From Natronosporangium sp. (lineage in GTDB: Bacteria > Actinomycetota > Actinomycetes > Mycobacteriales > Micromonosporaceae), in NCBI GenBank assembly GCA_035304685.1, contig DATGPS010000035.1:27904-91903 (forward strand): 64,000 bases of DNA, written 5' to 3'. Made by a program: the position numbers and the translations under genes. Positions 32,630 to 44,119 of this stretch are shown piece after piece. The notes beneath the pieces are model-generated. The model did not search any database, was not told the DNA's origin, and saw only the letters and a list, made by a program, of their open reading frames with translations. Each line of letters begins with the position of its first letter. The first letter of the stretch is position 1.

Positions 32630-34837
32630 TCAGGAGACGGGTTGCGGCACATGGGCGGACGACGGCGACGCGGACGCGCGCCGGGAGTGTCGGCGACCCC
32701 ACACCCGCTCGCCGATGAGCAGGAGCACACTGGGCATCACCAACCGGCGGACGATCACGGCGTCGAGGATCACCGCGACGGCGAGGCAGATCCCCAACTC
32801 CCGGACGATGCTGATCTCCGCGCTGGTGAAGGAGAGGAACACCGCCACCATGATCGCGGCGGCGCCGTTGATCATTCCTGCGGTTCGGGCGAGGCCACCG
32901 AGCACCGCCTCCCGGTGTCCGGCCCGTCCCAGGTACATCTCCCGCATCCGGGAGATCATGATCACCATGTAGTCCATGCTCAGGCCGAACATGACCGCGA
33001 AGAGCATCAGCGGAGTCACGCTGTTGATGGTGCGTTCCGCGCCGGAGACCAGGGCCAGGAAACCCAGGCTCGCACTCACCACCGCGGCGTTGAACGCCAG
33101 CGCCAACAACGGCAAGAGCAATGAGCGGAACGCGACCACGAGGATGAGCAGGCTCAACAGCGCGACCCAGCCCACCACCTGTGGCACCGACCGCAGCACC
33201 AGGTTGTCGAAGTCGACGCCGGTGGCGGTGGCGCCGGCCACCCGGACCGTGACCCCGGAGCTCACCACCGCACCGAGCTCGGTCCGCAGGTCCTCCACCA
33301 GACGGTGGGCTTCCTGAGAGTCGGGGTCGGCCGCTACGGTCGCCAGCACCCTTGCCACGACCGTATCCCCGGCCTGGGTCCACAGCCGGTCGACGGCTGC
33401 GCGCGCCTCCTCCGGCAGGTCTACCGATCCGCCGCCGGCGAGCTGAGGCAGCTGGTCGGCGGGGAGCCCGAGGGTGGTGACCGCCATCACCTCGGCGACC
33501 GGAGTCGCCTCTGCCACCCGGTCGGTGACCGCCTGGACGCTGGCCAGGAGCTCGGCCGACCGATCGGCGTCGGCGCTGAGCACGACCTGGACCGGGAAGA
33601 GATCCTGCAGGCCGATCTCACTCTGGATCCGCTCGATGCCGACCCGCGCATTGTCATCAGCGGGGAGGATGTCCGCACTGGCGACCGGTACCTGGGGGTT
33701 GAGCTGCGTCGCGGGCAGGGCCAGGGCGACGAATCCGACCGTCAACACAGCCAGGACGAGGCCCGGGCGGCGGACGAACCGCGTGGCCGTCGCCGGGGCG
33801 GGGGCGGCAGGCTCGACCCGCCCCCTCAGCCGCCCTGGCAGGCGCCCCCAGTTGATCCGGTGACCGAGCAGCCGGAGCACCGCCGGCAACAGGGTCATGG
33901 TCAGCACCACCGCCACCACGGTGACCGTCACCCCGCCAAGGGCGATGCTGGTGAAAGACATGGCCCGCGGAATGAACAGCGCGGATAGGGCGACGATCAC
34001 GGCCAGACCGCTGAACCAGACCGCGTGGCCGGCGGTGGCCATGCTGCGTTCGACCGCCTCGCGCACGTCCCGGCCGGCGGCGAGCTCCTCGCGGAACCGC
34101 TTGACGATGAAGAGCGAGTAGTCGACCGCGACCGCCAACCCGATCATCGACGAGACACTGGTGAACAGGCTGTTGAGATCGGTCATCTGAGCGATGCCGT
34201 ACCCGACCGCCTGCGCCAGTGCCAGGGTCACGCCGGCGATCACCAGCGGCACCAGCATGGATGCGACGGAGCGGAAGACGAGCAGCAGGACGACGAAGAG
34301 CACCGGGAAGGCGATCATCTCGGCCCGCGTGACGTCCTTCTTCGTCTGGGTGTTCAGCGCGTAGTCGAGGGCCGGTGCCCCGGTCACCTGGACGTCGACG
34401 TGGTCGGCCGTCGCCTGCCGGACCGCCCCTTCCAGGTCGGGCACCAGGTTCTGGACGGTGGTGTTGTCGGTGCCGAAGTCGACCCGGAGGAACGTGGTGT
34501 GCCCGTCTGATGACAGCCATGCCGGCTCGGTCCGGTGGTCCACGACCGCGACCACCTCCGCGTACCGTTCGGCGGTGGCACGCGCCGCCGGCACCTCGCC
34601 GGTGACCGCACCGGCCGGGTCGTGCAGGACAATCAGGAGCGAGTTCGGGGCGTCGCCGAACGCCTGCTCGAGCGTCTCCTGCGCCAGGGTGGCCTCGCCG
34701 CGAGGATCGGAGAAACCTCCCGCCTTGAGGGCTCCGCCGAGCTGGAGCGCGAACGGAGCCGCCAGGGCGACCAGCATCAGCCATCCGGCCAGTACCGACT
34801 TCGGCCGGTGAATTGCGAACGATATCAATCTGCGCAT
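32630..34837 (-). CDS. MMPL family (RND) lipid transporter
   Basis: Two 6-TM halves; VTGAPAL; proton-relay pairs AVAVDYSLF..RFREE and GLSMDY...SRMRE. Confidence 0.93.
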   Translation of the reverse strand: MRRLISFAIHRPKSVLAGWLMLVALAAPFALQLGGALKAGGFSDPRGEATLAQETLEQAFGDAPNSLLIVLHDPAGAVTGEVPAARATAERYAEVVAVVDHRTEPAWLSSDGHTTFLRVDFGTDNTTVQNLVPDLEGAVRQATADHVDVQVTGAPALDYALNTQTKKDVTRAEMIAFPVLFVVLLLVFRSVASMLVPLVIAGVTLALAQAVGYGIAQMTDLNSLFTSVSSMIGLAVAVDYSLFIVKRFREELAAGRDVREAVERSMATAGHAVWFSGLAVIVALSALFIPRAMSFTSIALGGVTVTVVAVVLTMTLLPAVLRLLGHRINWGRLPGRLRGRVEPAAPAPATATRFVRRPGLVLAVLTVGFVALALPATQLNPQVPVASADILPADDNARVGIERIQSEIGLQDLFPVQVVLSADADRSAELLASVQAVTDRVAEATPVAEVMAVTTLGLPADQLPQLAGGGSVDLPEEARAAVDRLWTQAGDTVVARVLATVAADPDSQEAHRLVEDLRTELGAVVSSGVTVRVAGATATGVDFDNLVLRSVPQVVGWVALLSLLILVVAFRSLLLPLLALAFNAAVVSASLGFLALVSGAERTINSVTPLMLFAVMFGLSMDYMVIMISRMREMYLGRAGHREAVLGGLARTAGMINGAAAIMVAVFLSFTSAEISIVRELGICLAVAVILDAVIVRRLVMPSVLLLIGERVWGRRHSRRASASPSSAHVPQPVS

Positions 34838-36036
34838 GAGGTGCTCCTGATGTGGTGGGCCAGCCGAGCGGCACGTTCGCGCCGGGCCTGCTCACGCGGG
34901 GTGCCGGCGGTTCCGGTAGCGACCAGGTCGAGCAGAGCCACTGCCTGCTCGGCCCGGCCATCTGCCACCAACGCCTCGGCGTAGGCGATCGCGAATCGGT
35001 GGTCACCGCGGTCGGCCGCTACCGCCGCGGCCAGGTGGTGCACGGCGAGAGACCTCCGTCCACCCAGGATGGACGGGGTGGCCAGGTGCCAGCGGCCAAG
35101 CAGGTAGTTGGCCATGCCGTGGCCGGGGTCTCGCCGCAGGGCTCGCTGGGCACCAGCGCGGATCCGGAACAGCCGCACGATGTTGGTGGGTAGGCTCCCG
35201 TCCAGCGCCCGGAGCCCGAGCAGTCTCGTGGCCGCCACCTGCGCCGGCAGACAGGCGGGGTCGATCGCCAACGCGATGTCGATCAGCAACGCCGCCTGCC
35301 TGCGCAGACGCTTCACCGTCGGGCGGTCGGCGGCCAACGAGCCGTCAGTCACCTGCTCCGCGAGCCGGGTGACCTCCTCCGCGGCCCCGGCGGAGCTTCC
35401 CGAGCCGTCCCTCGCCCGTTCGTAGAGGTCGGCCACGGCCGCCTGGGAACGGGCGGTGAGGTCGCGGATCCGCGCCGGGCGCGGCAACCCGGGATCGGGC
35501 CGCAGCGGAGCCCCGATCGCCACCCGGATCTGACCTGACCGGGGCATCCGGCCGCCGACAGGGAGGACGTCCTGGGTTCCCCAGAGAGCGGCGGGCACGA
35601 CCGGTACGCCGGTGCGTACGGCGAACCGGAATCCCCCGTCCTTGAAGTCAAGGATCGGTGGTCGTGGATTGCGCGTGCCCTCCGGATAGACGATGAGCAC
35701 CCGGCCGGCGGAGAGCACCCGGTCGGCCGCGATCAGCGACGACTTGGCGGGTGCGTCCCGGTCGACGGGGATGGCCCCTACCGCGCGGAACCAGCGTCCT
35801 CGCACACCGACGAAGCTCTCGGCCTTGGTCAGAAACGCCCCCTGCTCGCCCCGCACGGCGAACAGCAGGGTGTCGTAGACGAAGTGGTCGGCGAAGCTGA
35901 GGTGGTTGGATACCAGCACGAACGGCCCGTGTTGCGGAAGGTTCGCCAGCCCCTCGACCCGGGTGAGTCGCCGCACCACTAGCGGTCGGCTGACCGCGGT
36001 CGTGCCGTTGAGGCACCACCGGTCGATGAGGCTCAT
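34825..36036 (-). CDS. PlsC-type lysophospholipid acyltransferase with C-terminal TPR-like domain
   Basis: NHLSFAD (HX4D), FLTKAE, GAIPVDR, YPEGTR and VPVVP, then about 190 aa of Ala/Leu-rich helical repeats. Confidence 0.87.
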   Translation of the reverse strand: MSLIDRWCLNGTTAVSRPLVVRRLTRVEGLANLPQHGPFVLVSNHLSFADHFVYDTLLFAVRGEQGAFLTKAESFVGVRGRWFRAVGAIPVDRDAPAKSSLIAADRVLSAGRVLIVYPEGTRNPRPPILDFKDGGFRFAVRTGVPVVPAALWGTQDVLPVGGRMPRSGQIRVAIGAPLRPDPGLPRPARIRDLTARSQAAVADLYERARDGSGSSAGAAEEVTRLAEQVTDGSLAADRPTVKRLRRQAALLIDIALAIDPACLPAQVAATRLLGLRALDGSLPTNIVRLFRIRAGAQRALRRDPGHGMANYLLGRWHLATPSILGGRRSLAVHHLAAAVAADRGDHRFAIAYAEALVADGRAEQAVALLDLVATGTAGTPREQARRERAARLAHHIRSTSCAD

Positions 36037-36722
36037 GACCGCTCCCAGGAACGGGCGGCCGCGTACTGGCGCAGCTTCTCGATGCTGGTGAGCACCAGAC
36101 CGTGGGCCCGGCCGAACCTGACTAACTGCGGCAGCCGGGCCATGGTCCCATCGCCATTGATGATCTCGACGATGACGCCCGCCGGCGTGAGCCCGGCGAA
36201 CCTCGCCAGGTCGACGGCGGCCTCGGTGTGGCCAGGTCGCTCCAGCACCCCGCCGTCCCGGGCGATCAACGGGAAGATGTGGCCGGGACGGTTGAGGTCC
36301 TCGGCCGTCCCGGTGAGCACCGTCTGGATGGTGCGGGCACGGTCGTACGCGGAGATGCCGGTGGTGACTCCATGCCCGGCCGTGGCGTCCACGCTGACCG
36401 TGAACGCCGTGCCGAAGTGATCTCCGTTGTGGGCGACCATGGGTGCCAGTTCCAGCTCCCGCGCGCGCTGAGCGGTGATGGGCATGCAGACCAGCCCCCG
36501 CCCATAGGTGATCATGAAGTTGACCACGTGGGCGTCGGCGTACTCGGCCGCGACCACCAGATCCCCCTCGTTCTCGCGGTCCTCGTCGTCGACGACCACG
36601 ACGACCTCGCCTCGGGCGACGGCGGCGATCGCGTCTTCCGCCTCCCCGATCACTTCGTCGTAGACGTGGGCTCTCCGGTGGTCGGAGAGAGTGCTGTGCG
36701 CGGGACTAAGGACGGTCACCAT
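36033..36722 (-). CDS. ribB: Stand-alone 3,4-dihydroxy-2-butanone 4-phosphate synthase
   Basis: [38 protein letters not shown] and RPGHTEA; no RibA domain; ATG with AAGGAGG RBS. Confidence 0.94.
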   Translation of the reverse strand: MVTVLSPAHSTLSDHRRAHVYDEVIGEAEDAIAAVARGEVVVVVDDEDRENEGDLVVAAEYADAHVVNFMITYGRGLVCMPITAQRARELELAPMVAHNGDHFGTAFTVSVDATAGHGVTTGISAYDRARTIQTVLTGTAEDLNRPGHIFPLIARDGGVLERPGHTEAAVDLARFAGLTPAGVIVEIINGDGTMARLPQLVRFGRAHGLVLTSIEKLRQYAAARSWERS

Positions 36723-36786
36723 GTCCTCCTTCTCGGTTCTGGCAGGCCAGTAGCGCAGCTCGTGCGATCCCCCGTCTAACCGATGC

Positions 36787-36973
36787 CACGACATCGGTGT
36801 CGCAACATCGATGTTGTCTCAATGATGTTGCATCACAGATGTCGTGTCAACGTTTTGACAAGATTGACTGCGGAAGTCTGGACGACCGGTGGATCCGGGT
36901 CAGGGCGCCCCGGGCAGAACGCTCACCAGGCGTTCACATTCAGGAAACCGGATGGATATCGATGTTGTATCAT
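36787..36973. promoter_or_regulatory. Divergent promoter region with palindromic operator candidates
   Basis: Perfect palindrome CAACATCGATGTTG (36803-36816), variants at 36789-36802 and 36954-36967; minus-strand TTGACA-N17-CATCAT. Confidence 0.72.
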
Positions 36974-37036
36974 TGATTTCGTAGCAGCGCCCTCAACCGA
37001 CGCTTCTGCAACCGTGCCCACGGAAGGGCGAAAGGG

Positions 37037-37567
37037 ATGGCAACCAGACGGCTGGATGACACCGCGGTACCGGACACCCATCGCGACCACCGCAGCACTC
37101 CGGCGGCGGGAGACCGCCTCGCCGAACTGCGCTACCTCATCCTGGCCGCCCAACGTGAGGGCAACCGCCTGCTGGCCCAGCTTCTTCGCCCACTCGGCCT
37201 CACCCCCGCACAGGCCGAGATCATCTCGGTACTCGCCGAGCACGAAGGCCTCACGCTCGCCGGCCTCAGCCGCTACGTCGTCTGCGAGACCGGCAGCCCC
37301 AGCCGGCTGGTGGACACCCTGGTGCGGCGGGGCCTGGTGGAACGCGAGGGCGGTCGGCTCGACCGGCGGGTCGTGCACCTGTACCTGACCCAGGCCGGCC
37401 GGGAGCTCGCCGCGCGGATCAGCGAATGTGACCGGCGCTTCGACGCGATGTACGAGGACCTGATCGGCGAGCGTGACCTCGACGCCGTGATCAAGACGTT
37501 GCACCGGCTCGTCGAGACCACCATCAGCGGGTCGAAGGTAGCCCGCCGGTTCGGCTCAGGTGATTGA
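37037..37567 (+). CDS. MarR family transcriptional regulator
   Basis: LRPLGLTPAQ, SRLVDTLVRRGLVER and DRRVVHLYLTQAG winged-helix pattern. Start uncertain. Confidence 0.9.
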   Translation: MATRRLDDTAVPDTHRDHRSTPAAGDRLAELRYLILAAQREGNRLLAQLLRPLGLTPAQAEIISVLAEHEGLTLAGLSRYVVCETGSPSRLVDTLVRRGLVEREGGRLDRRVVHLYLTQAGRELAARISECDRRFDAMYEDLIGERDLDAVIKTLHRLVETTISGSKVARRFGSGD

Positions 37568-38014
37568 CCGACCCCCAGCGGGTCCGGCCTTCAAATCGGC
37601 GATCCGGCCCAGTAGCCCGTTGAGGAACCGGGGTGAGTCGTCGGTGGAGAGCTGCCGGGCCAGCTCCACCGCCTCGGTAATCGCCACCGGCGGGTCCACC
37701 TCGTCGACCCAGAACAGCTCGTAGACGGCGATCCGGGCGAGGTTGCGGTCCACCGCGGGCATCCGCTCCAGTCTCCACCCCTCGGCGTAGCTGCTGATCA
37801 GCTCGTCGATCCGTTCCTGATGCGCCGCTACCCCGTTGACCAGGGAGATCGCGTACTCCAGGTGGGCGGGGCGGGGCTCCTCCAGCCGCGCCACGTAGGC
37901 CGGGAGGACCTCGGTGGGCGAGAGTCCGCGCAGCTCAGCCTCGTATAGGACGTCCAGTGCCCGTTTGCGCGCCTTGCGGCGAGCGGGCATTCTCAGCTTC
38001 GGGCCTTCCGCCAT
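37556..38014 (-). CDS. nusB: Transcription antitermination factor NusB
   Basis: ARRKARKRAL, RMPAVDRN, EAVELA and FLNGLLG motifs. Confidence 0.96.
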   Translation of the reverse strand: MAEGPKLRMPARRKARKRALDVLYEAELRGLSPTEVLPAYVARLEEPRPAHLEYAISLVNGVAAHQERIDELISSYAEGWRLERMPAVDRNLARIAVYELFWVDEVDPPVAITEAVELARQLSTDDSPRFLNGLLGRIADLKAGPAGGRSIT

Positions 38015-38020
38015 GGCGGT

Positions 38021-38578
38021 TCAGGCGCGGCCGAGATATCGGCCGTCGCGCGTGTCGACCTTGATCTTCTCGCCGGTGGTCACGAAGAGCGGCACCTGCA
38101 CAGTCGCGCCGGTCTCCACCGTCGCCGGCTTGGTGCCGGCACTGGAGCGGTCGCCCTGCAGACCCGGCTCGGTGTAGGTGACCTCCAGCACCACGCTGGC
38201 GGGCAGCTCCACGTACAGCGGCTCGCCCTCGTGGGTGGCGACCACCACCTCGGCCTCGGGCAGGAGGAAGTCCGCCGCGTCGCCGACGGTGGCGCGCGGG
38301 ACGTGGACCTGGTCGTAGGTCTCCAGATCCATGAAGACGAAGTCCTCACCGTCGGCGTAGAGGTACTGCATCGAGCGCTTGTCCACGGTCGCCGTGTCGA
38401 CCTTGGTGCCGGCGTTGAAGGTCCGGTCCACAACCTTGCCGGAGAGCACATTCTTCAGCGTGGTCCGCACGAACGCGCCACCCTTGCCCGGCTTGACATG
38501 CAGGAACTCCACGACGGTCCACAACTCGCCGTCGAGCTTGAGAACCATGCCGTTCTTCAGATCGTTCGTGGTGGTCAT
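38021..38578 (-). CDS. efp: Elongation factor P
   Basis: [26 protein letters not shown] and VQVPLF motifs. Confidence 0.97.
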   Translation of the reverse strand: MTTTNDLKNGMVLKLDGELWTVVEFLHVKPGKGGAFVRTTLKNVLSGKVVDRTFNAGTKVDTATVDKRSMQYLYADGEDFVFMDLETYDQVHVPRATVGDAADFLLPEAEVVVATHEGEPLYVELPASVVLEVTYTEPGLQGDRSSAGTKPATVETGATVQVPLFVTTGEKIKVDTRDGRYLGRA

Positions 38579-38750
38579 GAGCGGTGCGACATCTCTCCTG
38601 ACGGGGACCGGACCACGGTGGCCCGGTGGATAACAAACCCGATGGAGTCTACCCGACCGCGTCGCCGGCCTGATCGACTGACGCCTCCGCGCCGGCGGGC
38701 GATGGTGGTCCCGGCCGGCCCGGGCACCCCGGTGACCGGGTTCGCCCGCG

Positions 38751-40354
<1,604 letters not shown>

Positions 40355-40861
40355 CTACCGGCCCAGCCAGTTGACGATCTCGGCTGCGACCTCTTCCGGG
40401 GTACGCCCGTCGGTGGCCACGGTGTGCGTGGCCACCTGCTGGTAGAGCGGCCGGCGCTGGGCGAGCTGGTGGCGCAGGGTAGCGCGCGGGTTGATCGCCA
40501 GCAGCGGCCGCCCCTCCCCCAGCCCGATCCGCTTGATCGCGTCCGGCAGCTCCACCGACAGGAACACCACCGTGTGCCCGGCCAGCGCTTCCCGGGTCGA
40601 CTCGGCCAGCACCGCCCCGCCCCCGAGCGCGAGCACGCCGTCGCAGGTGGCTAGCGCGGTGGCGACGGCCTCGCGCTCCAGCGCCCGGAAGTGCGGCTCG
40701 CCGTCCTCGATGAAGATGTCCGGGATCGGCTTACCGGCGGCCGCCTCGATGTCCGCGTCGGTATCCCGGAACCCGACCCCGAGCAGCTTCGCCAGCACCT
40801 GCCCGGTGCTGGTCTTGCCCGACCCGGGCGGCCCCACCAGCACGCAGACCGGGCGACTCAT
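40355..40861 (-). CDS. aroK: Shikimate kinase
   Basis: [23 protein letters not shown] and RPLL motifs. Confidence 0.95.
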   Translation of the reverse strand: MSRPVCVLVGPPGSGKTSTGQVLAKLLGVGFRDTDADIEAAAGKPIPDIFIEDGEPHFRALEREAVATALATCDGVLALGGGAVLAESTREALAGHTVVFLSVELPDAIKRIGLGEGRPLLAINPRATLRHQLAQRRPLYQQVATHTVATDGRTPEEVAAEIVNWLGR

Positions 40862-42036
40862 CGGATCACCAGGTGGTCGAGGTAACCGGCGAGGTTACGC
40901 CGCAGCTCCCCGAGCGAGTCCCCGCCGAACTTCTCGGTGGCGGCCTGCGCGAGCACCAGCGCCACCATCGCCTCGGCCACCACCCCGGCGGCCGGCACCG
41001 CGCATACGTCCGACCGCTGGTTGATCGCGGTGGCCGGCTCCCCGGTCGTCACGTCCACCGTGGCCAGCGGCCGGGTCAGCGACGAGATGGGCTTCATCGC
41101 CGCGCGTACCCGCAGCGGCTCGCCGTTGGTGATGCCGCCCTCCAGCCCGCCGGCCCGGTCGGTCACCCGCCGTACCCCGTCCGGAGTCGGCATGATCTCG
41201 TCGTGCGCGGCCGAGCCGCGGGAACGCGCCTGGGTGAACCCGTCACCGATCTCCACCCCCTTGATCGCCTGGATGGACATCAGCGCGGCGGCGAGCCGGG
41301 CGTCCAGCTTGCGGTCCCAGTGGACGTGGCTACCCAGCCCCGGGGGTACGCCGTAGGCGAGCACCTCCACCACCCCGCCGAGGGTGTCCGCGTCCTTCTT
41401 GGCCGCGTCCACCTCGGCCACCATCGCCGCGCTCGCCTCCGGATCCAGGCAGCGCAGCGGGTCGGCGTCGATGCGCTCGGCGTCCTCGGGGCGCGGCACC
41501 AGCCCGGGCTTGACCGCTACCGGCCCCAGCGCGATCACGTGCGAGACGATCTGCACGCCCAGCCCCTGGTGCAGCAGTGCCCGGGCGACGGTGCCGAGCG
41601 CGACCCGGGCGGCGGTCTCGCGGGCGCTGGCCCGCTCCAGCACCGGCCGGGCATCCCACCAGCCGTACTTCTGCATCCCGGCCAGGTCGGCGTGGCCGGG
41701 CCGGGGCCGGGTCAGCGGGGCGTTGCGGGCCAGCCCGGCCAGCGCGGCCGGGTCCACCGGATCAGCGGCCATCACCTGCTGCCACTTCGGCCACTCGGTG
41801 TTGCCTACCCGCACCGCTACCGGACTGCCCAAGGTCCGGCCGTGCCGGACCCCACCGATGATCTCGACCTCGTCCTGCTCGAAGGACATCCGCGCGCCGC
41901 GGCCGTAGCCCAGGCGGCGGCGGGCCAACTCCCGTGCCAGGTCGGCGCTGGTCACCTCGACCCCGGCGGGCACTCCCTCCAAGATCGCAACCAAGGCCGG
42001 GCCATGCGACTCACCCGCTGTCAGCCACCGCATCAC
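40858..42036 (-). CDS. aroC: Chorismate synthase
   Basis: [21 protein letters not shown] and RSDVC motifs; start GTG 42036 or ATG 42033. Confidence 0.96.
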   Translation of the reverse strand: MMRWLTAGESHGPALVAILEGVPAGVEVTSADLARELARRRLGYGRGARMSFEQDEVEIIGGVRHGRTLGSPVAVRVGNTEWPKWQQVMAADPVDPAALAGLARNAPLTRPRPGHADLAGMQKYGWWDARPVLERASARETAARVALGTVARALLHQGLGVQIVSHVIALGPVAVKPGLVPRPEDAERIDADPLRCLDPEASAAMVAEVDAAKKDADTLGGVVEVLAYGVPPGLGSHVHWDRKLDARLAAALMSIQAIKGVEIGDGFTQARSRGSAAHDEIMPTPDGVRRVTDRAGGLEGGITNGEPLRVRAAMKPISSLTRPLATVDVTTGEPATAINQRSDVCAVPAAGVVAEAMVALVLAQAATEKFGGDSLGELRRNLAGYLDHLVIR

Positions 42037-42092
42037 GCCGCTCAGTCTGTCACGCGCGTCGCTGCGGGTGGGCGGCGCCCAGGCCCTACCCG

Positions 42093-42899
42093 CTAGCCGG
42101 ACGTGGTCAACGCGCGGCGCATCGCCTCCACCGGCGCCGTCACCCCGGTGAACAGCTCGAATTGGCCGACCGCCTGGGCTAGCAGCAACTCCAGCCCGGA
42201 GACCACCCGCACGCCCGCGCTCGCCGCAGCCGCGGCGAGCGGAGTGGGCCACGGGTGGTAGAGCGCATCCAGCAGCACCGCCCCGGCCGGCCACGCGACC
42301 TGGCCGGCGAGCGGATCGGCCACCCCGCTGGGGACGGTGGAGACGACCACGTCGGCGCGGCCGAGCGTGGCCACGGCGGCCGACCACGGGTGGTGGGAGA
42401 GGCGGACGCCGAGCGCGGCCGCGACCGGGTCCAGCGCGGCGATCGCCGCCGGCCGGCGCGCCACCACACCCACTCGCGCGACCTTCAACTGGGCCGCCGC
42501 GCCCAGCGCCGCCCGGGCGGTGCCACCCGCGCCGAGTATCACCATGGTCGCGTCCGGTGACACCTGGCCCAGGGCATGGGCGATACCCGGGGCGTCGGTG
42601 TTCTCGGCCCGCCAGCCGCCCTCAGGCCGGCGCACCAGGGTGTTGGCCGCTCCCAGCGTCGCTGCCAGCGGCGCCACCTCGTCGGCCACCGACAGCGCGA
42701 CCTCCTTCAACGGCATGGTCAGCGACAGCCCGGCCCACTCCGGCCCCAGCCCCGCCACCAGTCCGGGGAGCTCCGCCTCCGCGCACTCGATCGCGGTGTA
42801 CGACCACCCGGTCAGCCCGGCCGCGGCGTACCCGGCCCGATGGATCACCGGGGATCGCGAGTGCGCGATCGGCTTACCCAGCACCGCCGCCCGGGGCAT
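42093..42899 (-). CDS. aroE: Shikimate dehydrogenase
   Basis: [21 protein letters not shown] and GAGGTA motifs. Confidence 0.94.
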   Translation of the reverse strand: MPRAAVLGKPIAHSRSPVIHRAGYAAAGLTGWSYTAIECAEAELPGLVAGLGPEWAGLSLTMPLKEVALSVADEVAPLAATLGAANTLVRRPEGGWRAENTDAPGIAHALGQVSPDATMVILGAGGTARAALGAAAQLKVARVGVVARRPAAIAALDPVAAALGVRLSHHPWSAAVATLGRADVVVSTVPSGVADPLAGQVAWPAGAVLLDALYHPWPTPLAAAAASAGVRVVSGLELLLAQAVGQFELFTGVTAPVEAMRRALTTSG

Positions 42900-44119
42900 C
42901 AGCACGGAACCTCAAGAATGCCGGCCTCGACCGCCTTCTGGCCGTTGAGGCAGTGCTCCTCGAAGGTCTCGGCGAACGCGCTGTTCCCCTCGTGGTCGAT
43001 CGCGACGAAGTAGATCCAGTCCCCGTCGGGCGGGTCCATCGCCGCCTCCAGCGCCTCCTGACCGGGATTGTTGATCGGAGTGGGGACCAGACCTTCCGCG
43101 TTGCGGTTGTACGGGTTGGAGGGGTCGGTCAGGTCCTGCGTGGTCATCTCCGCGGACGACTTGGTGGGCAGGCCGTTGAGCTCGAACCAGTAGTTGACCG
43201 TCACGTCGAACTGCAGGCAACCGGCGCAGCCCAGCTCGGGGAACGAACCGTAGACGCGGTTGTAGGCCACCCGGGCGATCTTGCCCATGTCCTCCGGTAC
43301 GCCCGCCTCGGCCTGCGCCAGCGAGGCGACGATCAGTGCCTCATACGGGGCGATGCCACCCCGCTCGTTCTCCACCGTCTCGACGAAGCCGATCTGCTCG
43401 GCCACGGTCAGGAACTGCGCCACCATGGCCTTCAACACCTGCTCCGCGGTGGGCTCGGGCGGGAACTCGTAGGTGGACGGGAACAGGAAACCCTCGATCG
43501 AGGGCTCCGTCACCTCCTTGCCGTCGTTGCGGTTGAACCAGAACTCCGGCACGCCGAGGGCGATCGGGTCGGCCGCCGCCGCCTCGAAATCCTCCACCGC
43601 GATTCCCAGCTCGTCCGCGAGCAGGTCGAAGGTGCGGAAGCTGGTCAGGCCCTCCGGGATGGTCACCCGCTCCACCACCCGGTTGTCCAGGTCGAGCAGC
43701 ATCTCCACCGCCAGGTCGGCCCGCATCTGCAACCGCAGCTCGTAGAAGCCGGGCTGGATGTTCACCGCGAGCGGGTTGCGGTTGGCCGCCTCCACGAAGG
43801 CGCGCTGGCTCGCCACCACGTCGGCCTCGAAGAGCGTCTGGCCGATCTCGTCCAGCCGCTGCCCGGCGGTGATCTCCACCACCACCGAGCCGGTGCCCTC
43901 ACCGGGGTAATCCTCGGCGGCGGCGTACTGCTGGAGCCAGTTCACCCCCCACCAACCGCCGTACGCGATGCCCCCGAGCACCAGTAGCACTACCAGGAGC
44001 GCGAGAACGGACCGGCCACCGCGGCCACGTCGCTGCTTGCGGTCGCGCGATCGCCGGTGGCGGTGCCGGCCCTTGGTGGGCGGTTCGTCGAACGTCAGAC
44101 CCAGCTCGCTCATCGTCAC
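42899..44119 (-). CDS. mltG: Endolytic transglycosylase MltG
   Basis: N-terminal TM, EGFLFPSTY, ASLAQAE, LQFD, PTPINNPG and YFVA; ruvX-mltG-aroE gene order. Confidence 0.92.
   Translation of the reverse strand: MTMSELGLTFDEPPTKGRHRHRRSRDRKQRRGRGGRSVLALLVVLLVLGGIAYGGWWGVNWLQQYAAAEDYPGEGTGSVVVEITAGQRLDEIGQTLFEADVVASQRAFVEAANRNPLAVNIQPGFYELRLQMRADLAVEMLLDLDNRVVERVTIPEGLTSFRTFDLLADELGIAVEDFEAAAADPIALGVPEFWFNRNDGKEVTEPSIEGFLFPSTYEFPPEPTAEQVLKAMVAQFLTVAEQIGFVETVENERGGIAPYEALIVASLAQAEAGVPEDMGKIARVAYNRVYGSFPELGCAGCLQFDVTVNYWFELNGLPTKSSAEMTTQDLTDPSNPYNRNAEGLVPTPINNPGQEALEAAMDPPDGDWIYFVAIDHEGNSAFAETFEEHCLNGQKAVEAGILEVPC

Noticed and set aside
30853-37567. The block as a type II PKS/FAS cluster or a mobile element
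   Set aside because: There is no ketosynthase, ACP, integrase, transposase or terminal repeat, so it is treated as an accessory tailoring/export operon.
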